From the NCBI RefSeq assembly GCF_022846255.1, contig NZ_AP025682.1: a stretch of DNA of 64,000 nt, one strand, 5' to 3'. The notes beneath the pieces are model-generated. The model was not told the DNA's origin and searched no databases. It worked only from the letters and a program-made list of their open reading frames with translations. A program made the translations under genes and the position numbers. Each line of letters opens with the position of its first letter. Position 1 is the first letter of the stretch. This document shows, one piece after another, positions 1 to 12,269 of the stretch. The DNA is from Escherichia coli. Lineage in GTDB: Bacteria; Pseudomonadota; Gammaproteobacteria; Enterobacterales; Enterobacteriaceae.

Positions 1-1778
1 CCGTTCGGATCCGCCATCAGGTTATTAGTTTTGGTAAGCTGATACAGTGCGCCAGTCACCACAATTGGGCGATCTTCTGGCACATATTTCACGCCGACTT
101 CATACTGTTTGCCTTTCGAAGGTGCAAACAGATCACCGTTCGCATCAGTCTGTGAAGCGGGTTCAAATGATTCACTGTAGCTGAAGTAAGGCGTTACGCC
201 GTTGTCGAACAGGTAGTTTACACCACCACGCCAGGTGAACTCTTTGTCGTCACGTTCAGATTTATTACCGTAATCACGGTTGAAAGATGACTGATCGGCC
301 CAGTCATAGCGACCGCCAAGCGTAACCAGCACTTTATCCCACTGCGCCTGATCCTGAACATACAGGCCGGTTTGTTTCTGTTTCAGCAGAACGCGGTATG
401 GACCAGACGGATTCGGGTGAGCGCCAAAATCAAAGTCACTACGGTCTAAATTATAGATATCAGATGGTGCAACTGAACCGGCATATCCGAACCAGGAGTC
501 GATGTCATTACGCATACGCATAAAGTCAACGCCAGTCAGCAGAGTGTGATCCACAGAACCGGTTGCGAATTTGCTTTGCAACTGAGTATCAACAGAGAAG
601 TTTTCTAACTTCTCATTATCGATAACGTACTGACGAGTCAGTGTATGGCCCCATTGAGACTGCGGGATACTTAAACATGGACTCGCCTTGAGTGCCTCCT
701 GGTCTTTGGTATACAGCGGATCTGAACACATACCGTAGCCATATACGCTCTTTTGCGAAACTTTATTTTGCGCAAAGCGCAGGTTCTGACGCACAGTAAA
801 GGTGTCGTTAAATTCGTGGTCGAAGCTATAACCAATCATCTTCTCGTTACGAGAATAGGTGTTGTTCTTCGCCCCTTCGTTAAAGTCTGTCGGCAGACGC
901 TTACCGTTTGGCAGCGGCTCAACGGTCCCCTCTTTCGGCAGCCAGCCGTAATAACCAGTTTCCGGCTCGTTCTGGAAGTAAGAAAGGAAGGTGAAATTGG
1001 TTTTATCGTCCGGACGCCAGGTGAACGCCGGTGCAATAGCATAACGCTGCTCTTCTGACCCTTTCTGCTGGGCATTGGCAGAACGCGCAAGACCGGTCAG
1101 GCGATAAGAATAAACGCCGTCATCATCCAGTGCATCGCTGAAGTCAAAACCGGTCTGGAACAGGCTGTCAGTCCCGGCCTTAAACTGAACTTCTTTCAAC
1201 GGTTCAGTGGTCGGACGCTTGCTGACCATATTCAACAGACCGCCAGGACTGCTTTTACCGTAAAGCACGGAAACCGGGCCACGCATAATTTCAGCACGTT
1301 CCAGCATATACGGGTCGATGACCGCATCGTTATAGAAGTTGCCCTGCAACTTCAGGCCATTCAGATAGTTATTCTGGCTTTGGCCGTCTGCCGCAAATCC
1401 GCGGATGATCAGGTAATCATAAGTATTAGATGCGCCACGGGTTCCCACAGCAACGCCAGGGGTATAGCTAAGCGCTTCTTTCACCGACTTAGGCTGATGC
1501 AGCGCCATCTCTTCAGCGGTGACGACAGAAATAGATTGAGGTACTTTTTGAATCGGCGTATCGGTTTTAGTGCCGGTAGCTGACTGTCGCGCCGCAATAG
1601 TTGCAGCCGGCCCCCATGCGCTTTCTTGCGGCGCAGGTGCAGCGGTAACGGTGATAGTGTCTTCTTTCGGTTCAACCGCTGCCTGTGCATAAACAGACAT
1701 GCCGCTAACCGCTGTGGCTACTACAACTGCGATTTTACGCAGTGAGTGTTTTGGCTGAGCAGTTTTGGAAGGTGCCAT
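1..1778 (-). CDS. fhuA: Ferrichrome outer-membrane TonB-dependent transporter FhuA; N-terminal ~592 codons present, 3' end lies beyond the left window edge
   Basis: Minus-strand frame open from position 1 to ATG at 1776-1778; N-terminus MAPSKTAQPKHSLRKIAVVVATAVSG (signal peptide); window-edge peptide ...GALYQLTKTNNLMADPNG recognisable as FhuA; mrcB immediately upstream as in E. coli. Confidence 0.9.
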   Translation of the reverse strand, partial: MAPSKTAQPKHSLRKIAVVVATAVSGMSVYAQAAVEPKEDTITVTAAPAPQESAWGPAATIAARQSATGTKTDTPIQKVPQSISVVTAEEMALHQPKSVKEALSYTPGVAVGTRGASNTYDYLIIRGFAADGQSQNNYLNGLKLQGNFYNDAVIDPYMLERAEIMRGPVSVLYGKSSPGGLLNMVSKRPTTEPLKEVQFKAGTDSLFQTGFDFSDALDDDGVYSYRLTGLARSANAQQKGSEEQRYAIAPAFTWRPDDKTNFTFLSYFQNEPETGYYGWLPKEGTVEPLPNGKRLPTDFNEGAKNNTYSRNEKMIGYSFDHEFNDTFTVRQNLRFAQNKVSQKSVYGYGMCSDPLYTKDQEALKASPCLSIPQSQWGHTLTRQYVIDNEKLENFSVDTQLQSKFATGSVDHTLLTGVDFMRMRNDIDSWFGYAGSVAPSDIYNLDRSDFDFGAHPNPSGPYRVLLKQKQTGLYVQDQAQWDKVLVTLGGRYDWADQSSFNRDYGNKSERDDKEFTWRGGVNYLFDNGVTPYFSYSESFEPASQTDANGDLFAPSKGKQYEVGVKYVPEDRPIVVTGALYQLTKTNNLMADPN

Positions 1779-1800
1779 TGGTATTTCTCTAGTGTAAAGT

Positions 1801-1835
1801 GAATGATAACGTAAACGAGAATGATTATTATAAAG
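1801..1835 (-). promoter_or_regulatory. Fur-box-like iron-responsive operator in the fhuA promoter region
   Basis: Minus-strand sequence CTTTATAATAATCATTCTC (about 14/19 match to GATAATGATAATCATTATC) plus adjacent GATAAC-containing repeat, 25-55 bp upstream of fhuA ATG; fhuA is a known Fur target. Confidence 0.45.
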
Positions 1836-1997
1836 ATGAGATAATATTCGAAACGCTGGCGGGTTCGCAAGCGGTACGCAATCTGCGCATTCCTGAAGGG
1901 TCAATAAACAATCAGATGAAAAGAAAGGGTTAATACTTTGGAGGGGATGTTATTTTACCGGATGGCAGCTCGCCATCCGGTATATCACGCTTAGACG

Positions 1998-4532
1998 TTA
2001 ATTACTCCCAAACATATCTTTAATCCAACCGGCTACACCGTCGCTGTCTTTCTGCTCTTGCTGAGCAGGTTGCTGTTGCGGCTGTTGCTGCGGCTGAGAA
2101 GACTGATCAAACGGATTGCCTGACGGTTGCTGCTGCATCTCACTCTGCTGGCACAGCGATTGCGGATCGCTGGTCCAGACCGGCAAGACACGCATACCAC
2201 CGCTGCAAACAAAGTTGCCGTCGTAGTCCACGCCCATATCTGCAATATCTTCTGGCGGAACAAGATTCAGCGGCGTTGGCGTCTGGTTAGCCAGATAACG
2301 CTGATAAATCGACATTGCCCCGCTGGCACCATACAGTTTGGTCGGCTGGTTGTTATCACGGCCGACCCAGGTGATGGTCACCGTGCTCCCATCAATGCCC
2401 GCAAACCAGGTATCTACGTTATTGTTGGTAGTCCCTGTTTTCCCTGCCAGATGCAGGTTCGGGTATTTCGCCCCAAGCTGACGTCCCGTACCGCGTTGTA
2501 CAACCTGCTGCATGGTCCATAGTGTCAGATACGCCGCCTGCGCCGGAACAGCGCGTTCCGCCTGCGGGAAGCTCTGATACAACACCTTGCCGTCTTCTGC
2601 GATGACTGAACGTAGCGCGGAAAGCGGAGCACGATTACCACCGCTGGCGATAGTCTGGAAGGCCTGCGCCACTTCGATTGGCGTTAAGTTCAACGCCCCC
2701 AACAACATTGCTGGAACTGGATTCAGTTGATCTTTCGGCACACCCAGTTTAATCCAGGTCTCCGTAACCGCAGGCAGCCCCAACGCCATGCCCAGATTCA
2801 CCGTCGGCACGTTCATCGAACGGGTCAACGCATCTACCAGCATCACCCTGCCACTTTCGCTATAACGACGATCATCGTTCTGCGGTGACCAGACCTGGCC
2901 ATTCGGCTGACGCAGCGCGATTGGCGCATCGGCAATCCACGTATTTAAACGATATATTTTCGGCTGGCTTAAGGCCGTTAGATAAGTCGCTGGTTTTGCA
3001 AGGGAACCAATCGAACGACGCGCCTGCATCGCACGATTGTAGCCCGCAAACTGCGGCTCAGAACCACCGACCATCGCACGAACTTCACCGCTAAAGCGGT
3101 CAACAACCACAATCGCGGTTTCAAGATCGCTCAACTTACGCTGTTTCTTCAGTGCCGGAATGCCTTCCACGGCGGCTTTTTCTGCCGCGTCCTGGGCCAC
3201 CGAGTCAAAGGTAGTGAAGATCTTCACGCCGGAGAGATCTTTTACCTTATCGCCTAATTTCGCCTGCAGCTCCTGACGCACCAGCTGCATAAAGGCTGGC
3301 TGAGGAGAGATCACCCCACCGCGCGGCTGAACACCCAGCGGACGCGCACTCAGCATGTCGTAGAGTTCTTGATCAATAATTTGTTGCTGTTGCAGCAAAC
3401 GTAGTACCAGGTTACGTCGCTCCAGCGCCAGTTTCGGGTTACGCCACGGGTTGTAGATGGACGCCCCTTTCACCATACCCACCAACAGCGCCTGCTGATC
3501 GAGGCTCAATTCTTCTACCGGGCGACCAAAGTAATACAAGCTCGCCAGCGGGAAGCCGCGGATTTCGTTGTCGCCGCTCTGACCGAGATACACCTCGTTC
3601 ATATACAGCTCAAGAATACGGTCTTTGCTGTAACGCGCGTCCATGATCAGCGCCATGTAGGCTTCGTTCGCTTTACGCCAGTAAGAACGCTCGCTGGAGA
3701 GGAACAAGTTTTTAACCAACTGTTGCGTCAGCGTACTCGCCCCCTGCACCGTGCGTCCGGCAGTCAGGTTTGCCAGCACCGCACGTCCGATTGAGTAGAG
3801 ACTGATCCCATCATGCTCGTAGAAATGACGGTCTTCTGTCGCCAGCAAAGTATCCACCAGCAAATCCGGGAAACCACTGCGCGGCACAAACAGACGCTGC
3901 TCACCGTTTGGCGAAGAAATCATGGTGATCAGGCGCGGATCAAGACGGAAGAAACCGAACTGACGGTTGTTCTCCATATTGACGATCGTCGCCAGATGAT
4001 CGCCATCAAAGGTCAGACGTGCGCGCACCTGCCCTTCTTTGCTGTCCGGGAAATCAAACGGACGGCGGATCATCTCAATGCTGTTGGCCTGTACGGTAAA
4101 CTCACCAGGACGGGTCATTTTCGAGACCTGGCGATACTGGGTCGCCTCCAGCAGCTTCACCATCTCGTTCTTGCTGATGGTCATGTCTGGCTCAAGGTTG
4201 ACCATTCGGCCATAAACTGCCGCGGGCAATTGCCAGACCTTGCCATCAATACGGCTGCGAATTTTTTGATCGAGATAAACGCCGTAAATGGCGATCAGCA
4301 CGGCAAAAACGATAGCCAGTTTTAGCAGCAGCCATAGCCAGCCGCGTTTGCCACGAGGCTTACGCCCTTTGCCTTTGCCCTTACCTTTGCGCGGCATCGG
4401 TTCTTCATCCTCATAGTCATCATAATCGTCGTAATCATCGTCATCTTCGTAACGACGACGGCTTACCTTTTGTTTGACCGGACGCGTCGGTTTCCCTTTG
4501 CGTCCAATTGGCTCGCGGTCATTCCCGGCCAT
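1998..4532 (-). CDS. mrcB: Penicillin-binding protein 1B (bifunctional glycosyltransferase/transpeptidase)
   Basis: ORF track 1998..4547; recognised start [21 protein letters not shown] at 4532 (844 aa); acidic [15 protein letters not shown] tract, TM helix, transglycosylase and transpeptidase regions. Confidence 0.93.
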   Translation of the reverse strand: MAGNDREPIGRKGKPTRPVKQKVSRRRYEDDDDYDDYDDYEDEEPMPRKGKGKGKGRKPRGKRGWLWLLLKLAIVFAVLIAIYGVYLDQKIRSRIDGKVWQLPAAVYGRMVNLEPDMTISKNEMVKLLEATQYRQVSKMTRPGEFTVQANSIEMIRRPFDFPDSKEGQVRARLTFDGDHLATIVNMENNRQFGFFRLDPRLITMISSPNGEQRLFVPRSGFPDLLVDTLLATEDRHFYEHDGISLYSIGRAVLANLTAGRTVQGASTLTQQLVKNLFLSSERSYWRKANEAYMALIMDARYSKDRILELYMNEVYLGQSGDNEIRGFPLASLYYFGRPVEELSLDQQALLVGMVKGASIYNPWRNPKLALERRNLVLRLLQQQQIIDQELYDMLSARPLGVQPRGGVISPQPAFMQLVRQELQAKLGDKVKDLSGVKIFTTFDSVAQDAAEKAAVEGIPALKKQRKLSDLETAIVVVDRFSGEVRAMVGGSEPQFAGYNRAMQARRSIGSLAKPATYLTALSQPKIYRLNTWIADAPIALRQPNGQVWSPQNDDRRYSESGRVMLVDALTRSMNVPTVNLGMALGLPAVTETWIKLGVPKDQLNPVPAMLLGALNLTPIEVAQAFQTIASGGNRAPLSALRSVIAEDGKVLYQSFPQAERAVPAQAAYLTLWTMQQVVQRGTGRQLGAKYPNLHLAGKTGTTNNNVDTWFAGIDGSTVTITWVGRDNNQPTKLYGASGAMSIYQRYLANQTPTPLNLVPPEDIADMGVDYDGNFVCSGGMRVLPVWTSDPQSLCQQSEMQQQPSGNPFDQSSQPQQQPQQQPAQQEQKDSDGVAGWIKDMFGSN

Positions 4533-4625
4533 GCTTTTTCTCCGCAATATTCAGGCGCAAAAGCCCGATTTTCTGTTCTTCTGTTGCAAGACAGAAGAAG
4601 ATATCTCTCAAATTTGCTTTGGTCT

Positions 4626-7055
4626 TCACGAATACTTTTTCGTTCGTCGCGTCGGTGCGGTGTTTGCCGGGTCGTCCGGCCAGACATGTTTGGGATAACG
4701 CCCTTTCATCTCTTTTTGCACCTCACGGTACGCTCCTTTCCAGAAGGCGCTCAAATCACGCGTGATTTGCAGCGGCCTTTGGGCAGGGGAAAGCAACTCC
4801 AGCACCAACGGTACGCGCCCCTGGGCGATAGTCGGATTAGTGGCCTCACCAAACATCTCCTGCATTCTCACCGCCAGCGCGGGCGGGTTATCTTCATGGT
4901 AACGAATGGCGATCCGGCTTCCCGTCGGCACAGTGTAATGCGCAGGCAATTCACTATCCAGACGTTGCTGCATTACCCAATCAAGTAATCCACGCAGTGC
5001 CTGATAAATATCGAGTGATTTCAGGCCGCGTAGCGAATGTACGCCTGTCATATGCGGCAGTAGCCACGTTTCCAGCGTCGCCAACAAACTTTCATCATCA
5101 ACCGCTGGCCAGTCATATTCCGGCAACCACTTTGCGGCGCATAACAAACGCAAGCGTAGCTGTTCCGCTTCCGCCGTCCAGTTGAGCACGCTTAAACCTT
5201 TATCACGAATGCCGTTAAGCATCGCCTGATGCAACTCGTCTTCCGAGGGTTTCGCCAGCGGTTGCACTTTTACCGTCAACTGACCAATTTGCAGCCGACG
5301 CCAGGCTTTCAGCGTACCTTGCGCGTCATCCCACTCCACGGTGTCCGATTGCTGTACCAGCTGCGGGCAGCGTTGTACTAACTCATCAATATCGACCGGC
5401 AGCGCCAGTAAAATCCGTGCATCCGGTGAGGCGCTGCCCTGCAATAATAACGGTGCGATCAACCATTCGTGGCGGCTTAGCGCATCGTCGGCATCGAGCA
5501 TCGCCCCCATGCCGTTCGCCAGTTGATAGCGTTCATCTTGCCCACGGCGACGAGCAATGCGATCGGCATACGCTCTGGCAAGTAGCGGCGCGATAAGCGA
5601 ACTGTCTGCCTCACCGCCGCGTACGTTTAAGCGTTTTAACAGTTGCTGACTACGTTGCTGCCAGGCGGGTTGATTGCGCGAAAAAGCCACGCCCAGGTCA
5701 CTATTGCCCATCCGTGGCGGCTCTTCGAGAATGGCGGCAATTTTTGCCGCGGTAGCAGCTTCGTCGTCGTTCTTCGCGCTAACCAGCATTGCCGCTAAAC
5801 GCGGATCGTTACCCAGCGCTGCCATTTTTTGCCCTTGCGCGCTTAGGCGTTCACCGTCCAGCGCCCCCAGCATCCGTAACAGGCGTTTCGCGGCCAGTAG
5901 ATTCACCGTTGGCGGTTGATCCATCCAGCTCATCTGCGCCGGATCGCTGCATCCCCATTGCAGTAATTCCATCAGCAAACCGGAAAGATCGCTTTGTAAG
6001 ATCTCCGGTTCACTTTGTGCGGCAGCGCGTTCTGCTTGTTCTTTGGCGATTAAATGCAGGCAGATACCCGGCTCCAGACGCCCGGCACGCCCGGCACGTT
6101 GCGTCATCGACGCCTGACTAACGCGTTGAGTAACCAGCCGCGTAAGCCCTGTACGCGGATCAAAACGCGCCACCCTTTCCTGGGCACAATCCACCACCAG
6201 ACGAATACCTTCGATGGTTAAACTTGTTTCAGCAATATTGGTCGCCAGCACCACTTTACGCATCCCTTGCGGTGCCGGGAGGATCGCTTTTCGCTGATCG
6301 TTCAGCGACAACGCGCCATACAGCGGGCAGAGCAACACATCACTGCCGATGCGTGAAGCCAGTTGTTCCTGCACACGCTGAATTTCTCCGACGCCAGGTA
6401 AAAATAACAGTAATGATCCATTTTCCTGACGCAGCATTTCGGCGGTGGCAACCGCGACGGCTTCGTCAAAACGCTGATGAGCGGGCAGCGGCAAATAACG
6501 GCGTTCAACCGGAAACGAGCGCCCTTCTGAGATGACGACGGGCGCTTCTGGCAGCATTTGCTGCAAGCGGTCGTTGTCCAGCGTAGCCGACATAATCAGC
6601 AGTTTAAGGTCATCACGCAGACCTTGTTGCACATCGAGTAACAGCGCCAACGCCAAATCCGCCTGCAAGCTGCGCTCATGAAATTCATCAAGGATCACCA
6701 ATCCAACACCGCTCAGTTCCGGGTCACGCTGGATCATCCGCGTCAGCACGCCTTCGGTAACCACTTCCAGGCGGGTATTCGGCCCGACGCAGTTTTGCGC
6801 ACGCATCCGGTAGCCAACGGTATCGCCTGGCTTTTCGTTAAGCAGCTCCGCCAGTCGTTGCGCAACGTTACGCGCCGCCAGACGACGCGGCTCCAGCAGG
6901 ATAATTTTCCCGTTAATGCCGGGATGCGCCAGCAGTTGCAGCGGCAGCCAGGTTGATTTCCCGGCCCCGGTCGGCGCACTTAATAACACCTGCGATGCAC
7001 CATCGAGGGCAGCAAGTAACTCAGGTAAGACGGCAGCAACGGGCAACGACGACAC
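4626..7055 (-). CDS. hrpB: ATP-dependent RNA helicase HrpB (DEAH-box)
   Basis: ORF track 4626..7100; GTG at 7055 gives (M)SSLPVAAVLPELL N-terminus and 809 aa; Walker A SAPTGAGKST, DEFH motif. Confidence 0.88.
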   Translation of the reverse strand: MSSLPVAAVLPELLAALDGASQVLLSAPTGAGKSTWLPLQLLAHPGINGKIILLEPRRLAARNVAQRLAELLNEKPGDTVGYRMRAQNCVGPNTRLEVVTEGVLTRMIQRDPELSGVGLVILDEFHERSLQADLALALLLDVQQGLRDDLKLLIMSATLDNDRLQQMLPEAPVVISEGRSFPVERRYLPLPAHQRFDEAVAVATAEMLRQENGSLLLFLPGVGEIQRVQEQLASRIGSDVLLCPLYGALSLNDQRKAILPAPQGMRKVVLATNIAETSLTIEGIRLVVDCAQERVARFDPRTGLTRLVTQRVSQASMTQRAGRAGRLEPGICLHLIAKEQAERAAAQSEPEILQSDLSGLLMELLQWGCSDPAQMSWMDQPPTVNLLAAKRLLRMLGALDGERLSAQGQKMAALGNDPRLAAMLVSAKNDDEAATAAKIAAILEEPPRMGNSDLGVAFSRNQPAWQQRSQQLLKRLNVRGGEADSSLIAPLLARAYADRIARRRGQDERYQLANGMGAMLDADDALSRHEWLIAPLLLQGSASPDARILLALPVDIDELVQRCPQLVQQSDTVEWDDAQGTLKAWRRLQIGQLTVKVQPLAKPSEDELHQAMLNGIRDKGLSVLNWTAEAEQLRLRLLCAAKWLPEYDWPAVDDESLLATLETWLLPHMTGVHSLRGLKSLDIYQALRGLLDWVMQQRLDSELPAHYTVPTGSRIAIRYHEDNPPALAVRMQEMFGEATNPTIAQGRVPLVLELLSPAQRPLQITRDLSAFWKGAYREVQKEMKGRYPKHVWPDDPANTAPTRRTKKYS

Positions 7056-7128
7056 AAAACGCTCCAGAGGGTTAACATTCTTCGCGCCACATTGTAGCAT
7101 CGCGGTAATTCATAACCGAGTGCCTCAC

Positions 7129-8378
<1,250 letters not shown>

Positions 8379-8555
8379 TAGAGTAAGTGACTGGTTAATT
8401 TACATTCTGGTCGCGTGCGCAAATACGCTTTTCCTCACACAGTTGTCAAGTGTTACGTTTAGATAATTGCTATCCGGAAAAGCATCTGCTATTTATAGCG
8501 GCCTCATTTTTCCCCCGAACATGGGGATCGATAGTGCGTGTTAAGGAGAAGCAAC

Positions 8556-9011
8556 ATGCAAGAAGGGCAAAACCGTAAAACATCGTCCCTGAGTATTCTC
8601 GCCATCGCTGGGGTGGAACCATATCAGGAGAAGCCGGGCGAAGAGTATATGAATGAAGCCCAGCTGGCGCACTTCCGTCGTATTCTGGAAGCATGGCGTA
8701 ATCAACTCAGGGATGAAGTCGATCGCACCGTTACACATATGCAGGATGAAGCAGCCAACTTCCCGGACCCGGTAGACCGTGCAGCCCAGGAAGAAGAGTT
8801 CAGCCTCGAATTGCGTAACCGCGATCGCGAGCGTAAGCTGATCAAAAAGATCGAGAAGACGCTGAAAAAAGTGGAAGACGAAGATTTCGGCTACTGCGAA
8901 TCCTGCGGTGTTGAAATCGGTATTCGCCGTCTGGAAGCGCGCCCGACAGCCGATCTGTGCATCGACTGCAAAACGCTGGCTGAAATTCGCGAAAAACAGA
9001 TGGCTGGCTAA
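8556..9011 (+). CDS. dksA: RNA polymerase-binding transcription factor DksA
   Basis: Within ORF 8538..9011; ATG 8556 preceded by AAGGAGAA; [32 protein letters not shown]4 zinc finger [25 protein letters not shown]; 151 aa. Confidence 0.93.
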   Translation: MQEGQNRKTSSLSILAIAGVEPYQEKPGEEYMNEAQLAHFRRILEAWRNQLRDEVDRTVTHMQDEAANFPDPVDRAAQEEEFSLELRNRDRERKLIKKIEKTLKKVEDEDFGYCESCGVEIGIRRLEARPTADLCIDCKTLAEIREKQMAG

Positions 9012-9038
9012 TTACAGCCGTTCCATCACGTTTACCAC

Positions 9039-9068
9039 AGGCGGGAAATGCTCCCGCCTTATTTTTTG
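9039..9068 (+). terminator. Intrinsic terminator downstream of dksA, overlapping the gluQ start codon
   Basis: Stem AGGCGGGA / TCCCGCCT (9039-9046 / 9052-9059) followed by TATTTTTTG; the gluQ ATG (9048) lies in the loop. Confidence 0.7.
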
Positions 9069-9974
9069 TTCAAAGAGATGACAGACACACACTATATTGG
9101 TCGCTTCGCCCCCTCTCCTTCCGGCGAGCTTCATTTTGGCTCTCTGATTGCCGCGCTTGGCAGCTATTTACAGGCTCGCGCCCGGCAAGGTCGCTGGCTG
9201 GTACGCATTGAAGATATCGACCCGCCTCGTGAAGTTCCCGGTGCCGCAGAAACTATCCTGCGCCAGCTGGAACATTACGGCCTGCACTGGGACGGCGACG
9301 TTCTCTGGCAATCGCAACGTCACCACGCCTATCGCGAAGCACTCGCCTGGTTACATGAGCAAGGACTAAGTTATTACTGCACCTGCACGCGTGCGCGTAT
9401 TCAAAGCATTGGCGGTATTTACGACGGTCATTGCCGGGATTTGCATCATGGACCAGACAACGCCGCAGTACGTATCCGCCAGCAGCATCCGGTCACCCAG
9501 TTTACTGACCTGCTGCGAGGCATTATTCACGCCGACGAAAAACTGGCACGGGAAGATTTTATTATTCATCGCCGTGATGGTTTGTTTGCCTATAACCTGG
9601 CGGTGGTGGTGGATGATCACTTCCAGGGCGTGAGCGAAATTGTCCGCGGGGCAGATTTGATCGAACCGACGGTGCGGCAAATCTCGCTGTACCAGCTTTT
9701 TGGCTGGAAAGTGCCAGATTACATCCATTTACCGCTGGCGCTTAATCCACAAGGCGCTAAACTTTCCAAGCAGAATCATGCGCCTGCGTTGCCGAAAGGC
9801 GATCCGCGCCCGGTGTTAATCGCGGCACTTCATTTTCTGGGTCAGCAGGTAGAAACACACTGGCAGGATTTCAGCGTCGAGCAAATCCTTCAGTCAGCCG
9901 TCAAAAACTGGACGCTGACCGCCGTGCCTGAGTCGGCAATTGTAAATTCAACATTCTCAAATGCGTCATGCTGA
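9048..9974 (+). CDS. gluQ: Glutamyl-Q tRNA(Asp) synthetase (truncated GluRS paralog)
   Basis: ORF 9048..9974 (308 aa) [33 protein letters not shown] (class I HIGH-like motif), KLSKQ motif near C-terminus. Confidence 0.85.
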   Translation: MLPPYFLFKEMTDTHYIGRFAPSPSGELHFGSLIAALGSYLQARARQGRWLVRIEDIDPPREVPGAAETILRQLEHYGLHWDGDVLWQSQRHHAYREALAWLHEQGLSYYCTCTRARIQSIGGIYDGHCRDLHHGPDNAAVRIRQQHPVTQFTDLLRGIIHADEKLAREDFIIHRRDGLFAYNLAVVVDDHFQGVSEIVRGADLIEPTVRQISLYQLFGWKVPDYIHLPLALNPQGAKLSKQNHAPALPKGDPRPVLIAALHFLGQQVETHWQDFSVEQILQSAVKNWTLTAVPESAIVNSTFSNASC

Positions 9975-10033
9975 GCTATGATTAGCCGCTATTTTTTTGT
10001 CCTGAATGATGTTTGACACTACCGAGGTGTACT

Positions 10034-11431
10034 ATTTTTACCCGAGTCGCTAATTTTTGCCGCAAGGTGCTAAGCCGCGAGGAAAGCGAGGCTGAACAGG
10101 CAGTCGCCCGTCCACAGGTGACGGTGATCCCGCGTGAGCAGCATGCTATTTCCCGCAAAGATATCAGTGAAAATGCCCTGAAGGTAATGTACAGGCTCAA
10201 TAAAGCGGGATACGAAGCCTGGCTGGTTGGCGGCGGCGTGCGCGACCTGTTACTTGGCAAAAAGCCGAAAGATTTTGACGTGACCACCAACGCCACGCCA
10301 GAGCAGGTGCGCAAACTGTTCCGTAATTGCCGCCTGGTGGGTCGCCGTTTCCGTCTGGCTCATGTGATGTTTGGCCCGGAGATTATCGAAGTTGCGACCT
10401 TCCGTGGACATCACGAAGGTAACGTCAGCGACCGCACGACCTCCCAACGCGGGCAAAACGGTATGTTGCTGCGCGACAACATTTTCGGCTCCATCGAAGA
10501 AGACGCCCAGCGCCGCGATTTCACTATCAACAGCCTGTATTACAGCGTGGCAGATTTTACCGTCCGTGATTACGTTGGCGGCATGAAGGATCTGAAAGAC
10601 GGCGTTATCCGTCTGATTGGTAACCCGGAAACGCGCTACCGTGAAGATCCGGTACGGATGCTTCGCGCGGTTCGTTTTGCCGCCAAATTGGGCATGCGCA
10701 TCAGCCCGGAAACCGCCGAGCCGATCCCACGCCTGGCAACCTTACTGAACGATATCCCACCGGCACGTCTGTTTGAAGAATCGCTGAAACTGTTGCAAGC
10801 GGGCTACGGTTACGAAACCTATAAGCTGCTGTGTGAATATCATCTGTTCCAGCCGCTGTTCCCGACCATTACCCGCTACTTCACGGAAAATGGCGACAGC
10901 CCGATGGAGCGGATCATTGAACAGGTGCTGAAGAATACCGATACGCGTATCCATAACGATATGCGCGTGAACCCGGCGTTCCTGTTTGCCGCCATGTTCT
11001 GGTATCCACTGCTGGAGACGGCACAGAAAATTGCTCAGGAGAGCGGCCTGACCTATCACGACGCTTTCGCACTGGCGATGAACGACGTGCTGGACGAAGC
11101 CTGCCGTTCACTGGCGATCCCGAAACGTCTGACTACGTTAACCCGCGATATCTGGCAGTTGCAGTTGCGTATGTCCCGTCGTCAGGGTAAACGCGCATGG
11201 AAACTGCTGGAGCATCCTAAGTTCCGTGCGGCATACGACCTGTTGGCCTTACGAGCCGAAGTTGAGCGTAACGCTGAACTGCAACGTCTGGTGAAATGGT
11301 GGGGTGAGTTCCAGGTTTCCGCGCCGCCAGACCAAAAAGGGATGCTTAACGAACTGGATGAAGAACCGTCACCGCGTCGTCGTACTCGTCGTCCACGCAA
11401 ACGCGCACCGCGTCGTGAGGGTACCGCATGA
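10034..11431 (+). CDS. pcnB: Poly(A) polymerase I
   Basis: ORF track 10013..11431 (TTG); conserved N-terminus (M)[13 protein letters not shown] begins at ATT 10034-10036 with GAGG 6 nt upstream, giving 465 aa; nucleotidyltransferase motif [17 protein letters not shown]; basic C-terminal tail. Confidence 0.85.
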
Positions 11432-11907
11432 CAGTGGCGTATATTGCCATAGGCAGCAATCTGGCCTCTCCGCTGGAGCAGGTCAATGCTGCCCTGAAAG
11501 CATTAGGCGATATTCCAGAAAGCCGCATTCTTGCTGTTTCTTCGTTTTACCGCACCCCACCGCTGGGGCCGCAAGATCAACCCGATTACTTAAATGCCGC
11601 CGTCGCGCTGAAAACCACTCTTGCCCCTGAAGAGCTACTCAATCACACACAGCGTATCGAATTGCAGCAAGGTCGCGTCCGTAAAGCTGAACGCTGGGGA
11701 CCGCGCACGCTGGATCTCGACATCATGCTGTTTGGTAATGAAGTAATAAATACCGAACGTCTGACCGTTCCGCACTACGATATGAAAAATCGCGGCTTTA
11801 TGCTGTGGCCACTGTTTGAAATTGCGCCGGAATTGGTATTTCCTGATGGCTTATCATTAGTTGAAGCTCTACAGGCAAAAGGCTTTAATGAATTAGATAA
11901 GTGGTAA
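11428..11907 (+). CDS. folK: 2-amino-4-hydroxy-6-hydroxymethyldihydropteridine pyrophosphokinase (HPPK)
   Basis: ORF 11428..11907 (159 aa) [31 protein letters not shown]; start overlaps pcnB stop (ATGA). Confidence 0.9.
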
Positions 11908-12269
11908 TTATTATTCGTGTGAATATAAATATATTCCGAAAATAACCATAAACCATTGCAAATAATAATATAATTAATATAAATAAAAACACAGAAAATA
12001 TAATATACCTTCCCGAAATTCTAATTCCATACACCACCCCCTTAATTTTTTAAAGTTAATTTTACTAATTTTCATATTTAGTAAAATTAACTTCCATATG
12101 TCATGGCATTATGCAAAATAGCTGTCCTAATGATGAATGAATGTAATACTTAGTAAAAAACAAACAAACATCATTAACAAAGTAACGTTCAGTTACATGG
12201 CATTGCATCAAAATCTCATCATCATGCAATGCTGTTATCTGCTTTATGGAATATTACTCAAGGATTTTT
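11908..12269. promoter_or_regulatory. Strongly AT-rich leader upstream of the yad fimbrial operon (likely promoter and nucleoid-protein silencing region)
   Basis: ~360 bp of highly AT-rich sequence with A/T tracts between folK stop and yadN start, unlike the surrounding GC-balanced coding DNA. Confidence 0.4.

Noticed and set aside
1958-1980. Hairpin CCGGATGGCAGCTCGCCATCCGG downstream of mrcB as an intrinsic terminator
   Set aside because: Good stem, but no T-tract follows it on the mrcB (minus) strand, and the fhuA promoter lies immediately downstream. It may be a regulatory or REP-like palindrome, but a terminator call is not supported.
4547-4547. Upstream-extended start codons offered by the ORF track (mrcB 4547, hrpB 7100, thpR 6916, dksA 8538, gcd 27937, hpt 27824, cueO 32130, yacC 32086, yacL 34834, acnB 37711, lpd 41423, pdhR 46793, ampE 49610, nadC 50165, secM 61182)
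   Set aside because: In each case the conserved N-terminus with a properly spaced Shine-Dalgarno element begins at a downstream in-frame codon. The longer versions would read through promoter or operator DNA or the neighbouring gene.
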